Assembly (NCBI RefSeq): GCF_006345805.1 | Contig: NW_021824769.1 | Coordinates: forward strand, 1-18,181 | Origin: Octopus sinensis | Taxonomy: Eukaryota | DNA: 18,181 bases | Direction of reading: 5' to 3' | Shown here: positions 1-10,084 of the stretch, piece by piece | Layout of the letters: each line of letters opens with the position of its first letter | Numbering within the stretch: the first letter of the stretch is position 1 | Program-made: the position numbers and the translations under genes | Notes under the pieces: model-generated | The model's input: only the letters and a program-made list of their open reading frames with translations | Told to the model about the DNA's origin: nothing | Database searches by the model: none

Positions 1-237
1 CAATTCTCCAACTATCCTGTCTGCTGACCGCCATTTTGACGCTGTAATATTTCTGGTAGTTCGTGAACGGAAAGAGTACAAGCGTAGATAAGGCTATCAG
101 TTAAAGAGTGCATTGCGATGTTATTAAAAGTGGACGATGGGATGTTTGCTAAATGTACGGATTCGAAGTGATAGAGGTTTGTACGAACACGGGTAGAGGC
201 TGATTTGGGGAAGAATAATTTGAGGGTTTTATGAATT

Positions 238-383
238 TGGTGCGCGTGTGCGCTGAGTTTGTTTCCCAATTATGGTTCCGGGTTTAAGGTGGCATCTTGA
301 GCGAGTGTCTTCTACAATAGCCTCGGACCGACCAAGGATTTGTGAGCGAATTTGGTAGAAGGAAACTGAACGAAGCATGTCGT
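238..383 (+). mobile_element. SINE family B, degenerate 5' half (tRNA-derived head plus CORE-like segment)
   Basis: Aligns by eye with 1499-1657 and with the reverse complement of 2392-2549 (tttcccaa..tggttccggg..ggcatcttgagcgagtgtcttctac..gaccaagg..tgtgag..atttggtaga.ggaaactgaa.gaagc.tgtcgt). It runs directly into a (CA)n/(TA)n tract, as the other copies do. Confidence 0.8.
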
Positions 384-850
384 ACACACACACACACTCA
401 CACACACACACACGTATATATATATATAGAAAGAGAGAGAGAGAGGGGGGGACAATCCGACAAAAAGATAGACAGGCAAGCAGTCAGACAGACAGACAGA
501 TAGGCAGACAGACAGACAGATATATATATATACTACACATACACTTATACATATATATATATATGCATATACACACACATGCATATACATTTATACATAC
601 ATATATGTATATATACGTATATACATATATATGAATGGTAATCAGATGTATATATCCATACAAACGTATTACTCAGTCAATCAATCTGTCTATCTGTTAA
701 CCTATAATACATATATACGCATTATATATATATGTATACACACACACACAGAGAAAGAGAGATGCACATATACATACATGTACACATGCATACATATATA
801 CATATACACACATGTGTGTGTGTGTTCATGTGTTTACGTAGTGTATGTCT
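384..850. repeat. Compound microsatellite (CA, TA, GA, CAGA, TACA)
   Basis: Directly visible di- and tetranucleotide arrays. Confidence 0.95.
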
Positions 851-1269
851 ATGGAAGTATGTGGCATTTCGAGTGCTTCCAGTATTTCTTCCCCGCCATT
901 TTTTAAGTAGATATTAATTTTCTACCTGAAAGCTGCTGCTGCTGTTGTTGCTGTCCCTGCTACTGATATTTCCAGTACCTAATTCTCTACCTCCATAATT
1001 AACAGTACCATTATATATGACAGCAGTGAGAGAAATGTAAGCTGACACTTTCGCCATTATGGCTGCCACTAAGGCCTGTGTGGTTTTACGTCAGCAATAT
1101 TCTCGTCAATCCTTGAACTAGACACTAATGTCAACCATATTAAAACAATACAAAGTAAGTGCTTATAGCCTAACAGACAAGAAGGAAGTGCAGTTGTCCA
1201 GACACAAGATTAGGAGACGGCGCAATCGAAACGATTTGGGTGTTTTGTTTTTTACATTTTATCTATCCT

Positions 1270-1344
1270 TTACGTATATATGTACACACACACACATACA
1301 CGCATATGCGTTTATTATATATATGTATTATATATATAGTTTTT

Positions 1345-1401
<57 letters not shown>

Positions 1402-1498
1402 GTATATATATACATATATACACATATATGAATGTATGTATATATATATATGTATGTATCTATATGTGTGTTTCTTTTTGTGCGTTTATATATATATA
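1270..1498. repeat. (TA)n/(CA)n microsatellite
   Basis: Directly visible. Confidence 0.95.
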
Positions 1499-1657
1499 GG
1501 CGTGGCTATGTGGTAAAAAGCTTACTTCTCCACCAAAAGATCCCGGATTCTGTCCCACTGCATGGCACCTTCGGCAAGTCTTCTATTACAGCTACGGGCC
1601 GATCAAAGCCTTGTGAGTGGATTTGGTTGACAGAAAGTGAAAGAAGCCTGTCGTATA
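1499..1657 (+). mobile_element. SINE family B 5' half (tRNA-derived, pol III A/B-box remnants, CORE-like motif)
   Basis: A-box-like tggctatgtgg and B-box-like ggattctgtccc. The segment ggcaccttcggcaagt resembles the CORE-SINE motif TGACCTTGGGCAAGT. It ends in gaaagaagcctgtcgtatata. There are three other copies in the window. Confidence 0.85.
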
Positions 1658-1719
1658 TACATACATACATATATAGAGCGATGGTTGGGGACAAGCAGAG
1701 ACACACTGACATATACATA

Positions 1720-1845
1720 CATATATATACAAATATTTATATTATATATACATATATCAAATATTCATTATATATATATAAAATATATATATATATAAAA
1801 GATATATATAATATATATATATATATATTATATATATATATATAT

Positions 1846-1916
<71 letters not shown>

Positions 1917-1921
1917 TAGAT
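1720..1921. repeat. (TA)n then (GATA)n microsatellite
   Basis: Directly visible. Confidence 0.95.
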
Positions 1922-2142
1922 GGCAGAAGAGCGTTAGCACGCCGGGCGAAGTGCTTTAGCTATTTCGTCTGCCGCTACGATCTGAGTTCAAATTCCGCCG
2001 AGGCCGACTTTGCCTTTCATTCTTTCGGGGTCGATTAAATAAGTACCAGTTGCGCACTGGGGTCGATATAATCGACTTAATCCGTTTGTCTGTCCTTGTT
2101 TGTCCTCTCTGTGTGTAGCCCCGTGTGGGCAGTAAAGAAATA
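1922..2142 (+). mobile_element. SINE family A, near full length, tail type 1
   Basis: ggcaga..gttagcacgccgggcgaa, B-box gagttcaaattcc, core gccgagg.cgactttgcctttcat.ctttcggggtcgat, and tail ccgtttgtctgtccttgtttgtcctctctgtg..agcccc..tgggcagtaaagaaata. Highly similar to 8189-8409 and to the reverse complement of 11277-11491. Flanked by agatatagat at 1912-1921 and 2143-2152, a possible TSD but inside a GATA array. Confidence 0.92.
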
Positions 2143-2391
<249 letters not shown>

Positions 2392-2392
<1 letters not shown>

Positions 2393-2549
2393 CGGGCCTC
2401 ATTCAGTTTCCGTCGACCAGATCCACTCACAAGGCTTTGCTTGGCCAGAGATTAATACAGAAGATACTAGCTAGCCCAAGCTGTGACGTCTTGGGAGTGA
2501 ACCCGGAACCATGTGATTGGGAAACAAACTTCTTACCACACAGCCACGC
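2392..2549 (-). mobile_element. SINE family B 5' half
   Basis: The reverse complement reads gcgtggctgtgtggtaagaagtttgtttcccaatcacatggttccgggttcactccc..ccttgtgagtggatctggtcgacggaaactgaatgaggcccgtt, with clear A box (tggctgtgtgg) and B box (gggttcactccc). Its 3' end abuts the (TA)n tract. Confidence 0.9.
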
Positions 2550-3329
2550 ATGCTCGGCCCGTGCAAATATAAAGCACATGCGCAATGAAATAGTTACACT
2601 ACAGCAATAGCCTCTCTGGCTGTAATCACTTTACAGCTCACAGGTAGCAGCTGTTCCTCTCCGGCCGAAGCAAATCTTATTCAACTCATCCGAGGCCTCC
2701 ACAAAAATACTTCAACCGTATAGAATTCTACAGCGCAGTCGAAGGCGTACAATAAGTCCTGTCTGTGACTATGTGCTCTCCTCTTCGAATCATCGACACT
2801 CGTTGCAATGTGTGTTGTTTGTTGCTCTGACATAATCGATGCCAACTTGTGAGGTGAATGTATGGGGCAATCCTCGTCGCTCGGTCCATAAACTGCGTAC
2901 CATGATATTGCTCCAGCGGCGCTGATCTGGGGAAGGACTGCATAACAATCACAACGAAAACAACAAAACCTACTACTACTACTACTACTACTACTACATA
3001 CAGACATACATTGCTGTTTTTACTTTTTATTGTGTTTACTGTATTGTTCTCAATGTCCTGTTCTTGTTACCACTTTCACCCTCCGCAAAAAATCCCAAAT
3101 CTTATTTAATTTGCTTTGCGGGAAGGACTGTTCCAACGAAGCCGAATCTTGTCCTTGTCTTCGAAACGCAGAGTAGATAAAACAGGGACAACTGATGAAG
3201 GGGAATATTCTTTATGTTGTATTTCTCGTTTCTCTGTTTTTTTCGTTGTCCGAAAAAAAGTTTATTTTCTGTTTTTTTTTTTGTTTTCGTTTCTCATTGT
3301 GTTCAACGTTCTTTTTGATGTCCTGTACC

Positions 3330-3542
3330 TATATATGCATGTATATATACATATATATGTAGTTACGTACATATATGTATGTATATATATGCATATATTT
3401 ATATATTATTTATATTATTACATACATACATACATACATACATACGTACATACATACATATATACATACATACATGCATGCATGCATACATACATACATA
3501 CATAAATACATACATACATACATACATACATACATACATACA
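3330..3542. repeat. (TA)/(TACA)n microsatellite
   Basis: Directly visible. Confidence 0.95.
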
Positions 3543-3807
3543 TTGTCACCGGCAAACAATTAGGTCTTTTCTAACAACCCTGACCTGAGGTTAAACAACA
3601 TCAACAACAACAGCAATACCCATCGTTGTAAACATCTTCCACCCACCCCCGCCTTCCTCCGCAATCACACTACCACCAACGCCACCGCAGTCATCACTCA
3701 ACAACAGCAACAACAATAACGCGATTCAGAAAACATGACCACTTCAAAATGTCCTCTCAAAGTGGACACCCATTTCGATGGTCAATGATGGCCACTCTCT
3801 TAAGTTG

Positions 3808-6208
3808 ACGTACATTGTAGTGGTGGTGGTTGGAGTGGTTGAGCAGTGTTCAATGTAGTGGAAGTGGTGGTGGTGGTCCGAGTGTTTGAGTGGTGATGAT
3901 GGTAGTAGAGGGGTGGTGGCAGTATTGGTGATGGTTGCAGTGGCTGTAGTTGTAGGTGGTAGTGGTTGGTGAGGCTGAGCAGTGATAATGGTAGTGGAGG
4001 TGGTGAGATGGTGGTGCTGGTGATGGCGGTGGCGGTGGGTGTAGTTGTGGTGGTGGTGGTGATAGGAGTAGTTGACAGTGGTGATGGTAGTGTAGGTGGT
4101 GGAGGTGGTGATGCTGGTGATGGTGGTAGTAGTGGTTGCAGTGGGGGTAATTGTGCTGGTGGTTGTGGTAGTGGTGGTTGGGGTGTTTGAGCAGTGATGA
4201 TGGTAGTGGAGGTGATGGTGGCGGTTGTGGTGATAGTTACAGTGGCGGTAGTTGTGGCGGCAGTAGTGGTGGTGGTGGGGACTTGTTGGAGTGGCTGAGT
4301 AGTGATAATGGTAGTGAAGGTGGTGGAGTTAGTAGTGCTGGTGCTGGTGGTAACGGTGGTAGTAGTGGTAGCTGTGGGGGTAGTTGTGGTGGTGGAAGAG
4401 GTAGTGGTGGTGATGGTCGGCCAGTTTTGGAGGTGGAGGTAATAGTGGTAGTGGTGCTGGTGATTTGATGGTACTGCTGTGTTGGTGGTGTTGTGTTCAT
4501 GTAGTTAGTGGTGGTAGTGGTTGTAGTAGTGTACTTGTTTGGTGTATTGGTAGTAGTTCTAGCGATGGCGTGGTAATCAGGTTGCATACAGCATAGGCAG
4601 TGTTATTATTGTTGTTGTTGTTGGTGGTGGTGGTAGTGTTGATTGTGATAGGGGCGGTGTGTTCATGTGTTGGTGGTTGTTGAAGTGGTTGCTGGTAGCA
4701 AGAGGTGGGAGGAATGATGCAATGGTGGTTGATATTGCGAGTGGTGGTGGTGGTGGTGATAGTTACGGTGTTGTTGTTGTTGCTGTCGGTGGTGAGGATG
4801 AGGGTGGTTGTGACAGCAGTGGGGGCATGTGGTGGTGTGATCCGTTGGTGGTTCGTTTACTGGTGGTGCTGGTGATGGTGGTGATCAGTGGTAGTAGTGT
4901 AGCGGTGGGTGTAGTTGTGGTGGTAGTTTGTTTACTGGTTAAGCTTTAGAGGGGATCTTTCTTTGTAATGGTGATGTTGGAGGTGATGATGATGGCTGTT
5001 AGTAGAGAGGTGATGGTCGTGGTTATGACGGCCCTCAGATGGTGATGATGGTAGCGGTGTAGAAGTGGTAGTGGTGATGATAGTAGCATTTGTAGTAGTG
5101 GTGGTGATGGTAGTGATTGTGGTGGTGGTACTGGTGATGGTGGTAGTGGCGGTCGGAGCGACTGAGTGGTGATGATGGTTGTAGAGTTGGTGGTGGCGGT
5201 AGTAGTAATGGTTGCCATGGCGGTAGTTGTGGTGGTGGTAGTGGTTGGAGCTGCTGAGCAGTGATAATGGTAGTGTAGGTGGTAGTGGCGGTGCTGGTGA
5301 TGGAGGTGATGGTAGTGATCTGTGATAGTAGTGGTAGCGGTGGGTGTAGTTGTGGTGGTGGATTGTTTACTGGTTAAACTTTGGAGGGGTCTTTCTCTGC
5401 GATGGTGATGTTGGGGTTGATAATGATGGCTGTTAGTAGAGAGGTGATGGTCGTGGTTATCACGGTCCTCAGATGGTGATGATGGTAGTGGTGTAATGGT
5501 GTAATGGTGGCAGTGGTGGTGATAGTAGTAGTGCAAGGATGGTAGTAGTGGTGGTACTGGTGGTAGTGGTGTTGGCTGTTATAGGGATGTTAGTAGTGTT
5601 AGCAGTAGTAGTGATGGTGGTGGCGATGGTGGTAGTGGTTTGATGGCAGTGGTGGTTGGTGTTCTAGTTACATGTTGTTTTAGTTAGTGAGTTGATGGTT
5701 AAGGATGGTGTTATTAGTGATTAGGGAAAGCAATGGTGGTGGTGGTGGTGGTGGTGGTGGCGTGGTGATTGGGGTGATGTAGAGGCTGGAGGTGGGATGG
5801 TGTGAACACGATTGTGGTGATGGTAGCAATGGCAGTACCTTTTGTGGCTGATGCTGATGCTGATGATAATGATGACGATGACGATGACGATGATGATTTT
5901 GTTTATGAGGGTAGTGACGAGGATGATGATGACAATGAGGATGATGACGAGGATGTTGACGATGATAATGTTTATGATCGCGGTGAAGATGATAACGAGC
6001 ATATGTTTATGATGATGATGATGATGATGATGGTGGCGGTGGTGGTGGTAGTGGTGGTGGTTGTGGTGGTGGTTGTGGTGGTGTTGGTGGTGGTGGTGAT
6101 GATGGTGATTGTGATGATGTTTGTGATGCCGGTTGCTCGACCAAGGTTAATCTGCTTCGTAGCGGTGTTGTTGATGATGATGATGATGATGGTGGTGATG
6201 ATGATGGT
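3808..6208. repeat. Degenerate G/T-rich trinucleotide array (GGT/GTA/GAT/GTT) with internal ~435-bp duplication
   Basis: About 2.4 kb of mixed triplets. The unique island at 4899-5053 recurs at 5334-5490. The motif gag(c/t)agtgat(a/g)atggtagtg recurs near 3977, 4188, 4296 and 5256. Confidence 0.9.
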
Positions 6209-6289
6209 TTAGAGGACATGGAAGCGCTGGGGGATGGCGGTGGGTACATAGCACACATGTGAAGTGGCTCTCTGTAACTCTTTTTTCAA

Positions 6290-6795
6290 CATCAACCATA
6301 ACAACAACAACAACACTAACATCGCCGCCACCACTACCACCACCATCACCACCAATAACAACAACAACAACAACAACAGCAGCAGCAGCAGCAACAATAA
6401 CACTAGCAAGAATAGAATCATTATCTCTGACGTCATTCACGTTGCCGTTTCTTTTCTGAATCCTCCACCTCCTCCATCCTTCTCCGCCTCCTTCACTTCC
6501 TCCACACCTTCTCCTCCTCCTCCTCCTCCTCTTTCTCTCTTCCTCTACTACTACTACTACTCAAATTCGTTGCGACCACTGCTACTACCACCGTCACCAC
6601 AATCACTTCTACCACCTTCAACATCTCCGCCACCATCTTCACCACAATCACTACCACAACCATCATCTTCATCATGAGGAAGACAATGATCACCATAATC
6701 GCACCCGGCTTCATCTCTTTCCTCGCTCTACTCCTCATCATCATCACCCATCATCATCATCCCCCCCTCCACCACCATCATCATCATCATCATTG
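6290..6795. repeat. Degenerate C/A-rich trinucleotide array (CAA/CAC/CCT/CAT)
   Basis: Directly visible; opposite strand polarity to 3808-6208. Confidence 0.9.
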
Positions 6796-7471
6796 TCACG
6801 GCAATCGTCTTCAAGAACAACGGGAAGCAGCGAATAACTTACTGAAGTGAGGTGGATCTTTATGTGGTCCTTTGGACGTGTTAAAAATAGTAGTCAAATC
6901 ATGCTATAATAACTTCCATAAAAGAGCGAAAACAATTGACAACACATCGTGACACTTTAGCCTCAAATATATCTAAAACACTGGTTGGTTACGGGCTTCA
7001 ACGCTTTTCATGACAGCTGTGATTGGCCTGGGCTGGTTGACCTGTGGCTAAATCACATATTTTTGCGGCAGCATTTACATGGTGTGAGTTGAGCCGGCCT
7101 CGACCAACACCCAGTTCACTACGCCCTCACGAATGCTGACCACATCCAACGGTCAGCCGCAGTCGAGGTCGTAATGGATTCAGCAGGTAAACTTATGCTC
7201 CAGCCCGCGGTCCAAAGTAGCGCGTACGCGGTAACCGTGCTCTTCATTCGCTGTTGAGGTGTAGAGGTCATGTCCGGATTTTCAGTGGGAATACAAGTTC
7301 ACATGTGGTCCTCGGTCACATGCATACACATTTTGTGATCCGTAGCAGCTCATCTTGCCGTCGATTGCCGATTTTCACAGAGGATTCGCTGACCAAATCA
7401 CCGTCGATTATCTGAGCAGGCGTTGCCCGGGTTTCAAGCGGATTCTGGAGACATGCTTTAGCAAAAGCTTA

Positions 7472-7551
7472 AGGACACAACGCGCCGCTAGAAACTGAAC
7501 TCACGACCTTACGATCGCGAGACAAATACCTTAACCACTAGACCACGCGAC
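7472..7551 (-). mobile_element. tRNA-derived SINE head fragment, related to the family C head
   Basis: The reverse complement reads gtcgcgtggtctagtggttaaggtatttgtctcgcgatcgtaaggtcgtgagttcagtttctagcggcgcgttgtgtcctt, with A box tggtctagtgg, B box gagttcagtttc and a CORE-like tgtgtcctt. It shares gtggttaagg..ctcgcg.tcgta with 12957-13020. No proper acceptor stem, so it is not called a tRNA gene. Confidence 0.7.
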
Positions 7552-7663
7552 TTTTCTCTCTCTCTCTATCTCTCTCTCTCTATTATATATATATATATTA
7601 TAATATATATATATTAATATATATTATATATTTATATATATATATATGTGCATGTGTGTGTTG

Positions 7664-7694
<31 letters not shown>

Positions 7695-7860
7695 ATCGCA
7701 TATATATATCTCTGTCTGTATGGTATGTATGCATTATGTGCACATGTGTGTATGTGTGTCTGTCAATCTATCTATCTATATATATATGGTATATATTTAC
7801 ATGTATTAACCACAACACACACACACACACCACACAACACACATATATATATATATGTAT
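7552..7860. repeat. Compound (CT)/(TA)/(CA) microsatellite
   Basis: Directly visible. Confidence 0.93.
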
Positions 7861-7864
7861 GCAT

Positions 7865-8078
7865 ATGTTTGATTCTTTGTATGGACATAATCGATTGACA
7901 TCCAGTATTGGTTCGTGTATGTCCCCGTAACTTATCAGTTCGGCACAACAAACCGATACAATACGTAACAGACTTAACAAAAAAAAAACATAAATACTAG
8001 GCTTCATTTGTTCCACTAAAACCTCTCAACGCGGTGTCCCAGCATGGCCGCAGTCCAATGGCCGAAACAGCTAAATGA
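7865..8078 (+). mobile_element. SINE family B 3' half (diverged)
   Basis: gtccccgtaactta..gttcggca..accgata and cagcatggccgcagtc.aatg.c.gaaaca match 10085-10296 and the reverse complement of 14752-14900. Confidence 0.75.
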
Positions 8079-8188
8079 TAGAGGCTTTAGTAATTTAGCG
8101 TTTACGGTTAGCAGTTTTGAACGAAAGTGGGTCAGTGGATACCATAGTCACTGCACTTGGTTAGTATACTGTCTATATTAACACCCAT

Positions 8189-8593
8189 CTGGCAGACACG
8201 TTAGCGCGCCGGGCGAAATGCTTAGCGGTATTTCGTCTGCCGCTACGTTCTGAGTTCAAAGTCCGCCGAGGTCGACTTTGCCTTTCATCCTTTCGAGGTC
8301 GATTAAAAAAGTACCAGTTACGCACTGGGGTCGAATTATCGACTTAACCCGTTTGTCTGTCTTTGTTTGTCCTCTCTGTGTTTAGCCCCTTGTGGGTAGT
8401 AAAGAAATAGGTATTTCGTCTGTCGTTATGTTCTGAGTTCAAATTCCGCCGAGGTCAACTTTGCCTTTCATCCTTTCGGGGTCGATAAATAAAGTACCAG
8501 TTTCGCACTGGGGGCGATATAATCGACTCAATCCCTTCGTCTGTCCTTGTTTGTCCCCTCTATGTTTAGCCCCTTCTGGGCAATAAGGAAATA
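8189..8593 (+). mobile_element. SINE family A head-to-tail dimer with 15-bp target-site duplication
   Basis: Monomer 1 is 8189-8409; monomer 2 is 8410-8593 and lacks about the first 38 nt. Flanks are tatattaacacccat (8174-8188) and tatattaacccccat (8594-8608), with one mismatch. Confidence 0.92.
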
Positions 8594-8984
8594 TATATTA
8601 ACCCCCATGGAGGCAAAAGGCAAAACTGACCACAGACATATTTGCAATCAGAACGTAAAAATAAGCAAACCGGAGGAAATATAAAACCGCAAAGCATTTT
8701 CGTTTCCCGAGTGCACTTCCAATGCTGCCAAATGCACCACCCGGGACGACTTATCTGTTAATGAATTCTTCAAATACCCGTGCTTACTCAGGAAAAATTC
8801 TTGGGTGATAAATAGACAGACGTAAGAATTAATTTCTTGTAACAACATTGTGAGCTGCTTTGAGATGGATTAACTGCTCTGATGATTCTATTATATCTGC
8901 TTTTCGTGGGAACCCTGACAGGTTGTTATGTTACTTGAAAACTGCAGGAAATATACCGGCACTTAAGTGTATAAGTGTAAATGT

Positions 8985-9024
8985 ACATAGTTCATATATA
9001 TATATATCTATATATATATAATAT

Positions 9025-9057
<33 letters not shown>

Positions 9058-9205
9058 CACATCTATATATATATACATACATATATATATACATACATAC
9101 ATATACATACAAATATACATATATATATTATATATATATATATATGTATATATATGTTTATATATGTATATATATATATATATTGTAATTTGTATGTGTA
9201 TGTAT
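8985..9205. repeat. (TA)n-rich microsatellite
   Basis: Directly visible. Confidence 0.95.
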
Positions 9206-9212
9206 CAATATA

Positions 9213-9335
9213 GCGCAGGAGTGTGTGGTGCTCTGTGGTAAGGAGTTTGCTACCTAACCACGTGGTTCCGGGTCAGTCCTACTAGGTGGCACCGGTGAGT
9301 GGATTGGAACCGGATACTGCAGCAGAAGCCCGTCG

Positions 9336-9340
<5 letters not shown>
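9213..9340 (+). mobile_element. SINE family B 5' half with internal deletion
   Basis: tgtggtaaggagtttgctacctaaccacgtggttccgggtcagtcc..gtggcacc jumps straight to gtgagtggatt..gaagcccgtcgtatat. The central ~45 nt present in other copies is missing. Confidence 0.8.
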
Positions 9341-9366
<26 letters not shown>

Positions 9367-9373
9367 ATATATT

Positions 9374-9593
9374 ATATAGGATAAATTTTCGAAAATATTT
9401 TATCAATGGCCAGCATATTAAAAAAATATCCTTAAAGGTTACATAATAAAACACGTATAAATAAATTCAATGCCAAATTGAATTTTTTTTTTCTTTTGCC
9501 CTTATTTATAAGTTATTTTTAAATTAACCTTTAAAGGTATTTTTTTAATATGCTGGCCATTGATAACATTTTTTCGAAAATTTTATCCTATAT
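9374..9593. repeat. AT-rich inverted repeat / foldback (MITE-like)
   Basis: Arms 9374-9441 and 9525-9593 are near-perfect reverse complements, including an exact 29-bp core (9400-9428 vs 9538-9566). Termini are atatagg..cctatat. Confidence 0.88.
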
Positions 9594-10084
9594 TAGATGT
9601 AAATTTAATAATATTCACTTCCGGACTCTCACATTCTATGAGAATTTTCAGTCCGATCACACGTGTCTCGAGGTATGCTGTGGAATTTCTATTTTGGATA
9701 TATCTGGGGTACTTAAGTGTGCTCATTACTTAGTGTTTACTTCTTCCATGGGTACAAGTAAGTATCTCATTTATTTTCTTATCGTATTTATCGCTGATGA
9801 CGAGAAAATTCTAAATGAATTAACTCAGAAATCGGAACCCATCCGATATTAACGAAATTTTTTTAGAAATTTCTATTGTCTTGCTTTCGAAACACGTGCT
9901 TATAGTGATAAATTATATGGTTATTGACGATTTAGTCTATTTCGGCATAGTTGGCATTGAAATTTACATATACATACATATATATATATATATTTATATA
10001 TATGTATACATATATATATATACATAGCTACACACACTAACAGACACACACACACAAATATATATACATATATATACATATGTA

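Noticed and set aside
240-254. NRF1-like tgcgcgtgtgcgc motif
   Set aside because: It falls in the degenerate head of a family B SINE, so it is better explained as repeat decay.
6428-6435. CRE palindrome TGACGTCA
   Set aside because: A single 8-mer with no supporting context; expected by chance at an appreciable rate in 18 kb.
3966-6747. Gly/Ser/Val/Thr/Pro/His-rich ORFs, including the acidic 5802-6212 ORF
   Set aside because: Stop-poor triplet arrays open several frames on both strands at once; composition follows the repeat and not a protein family.
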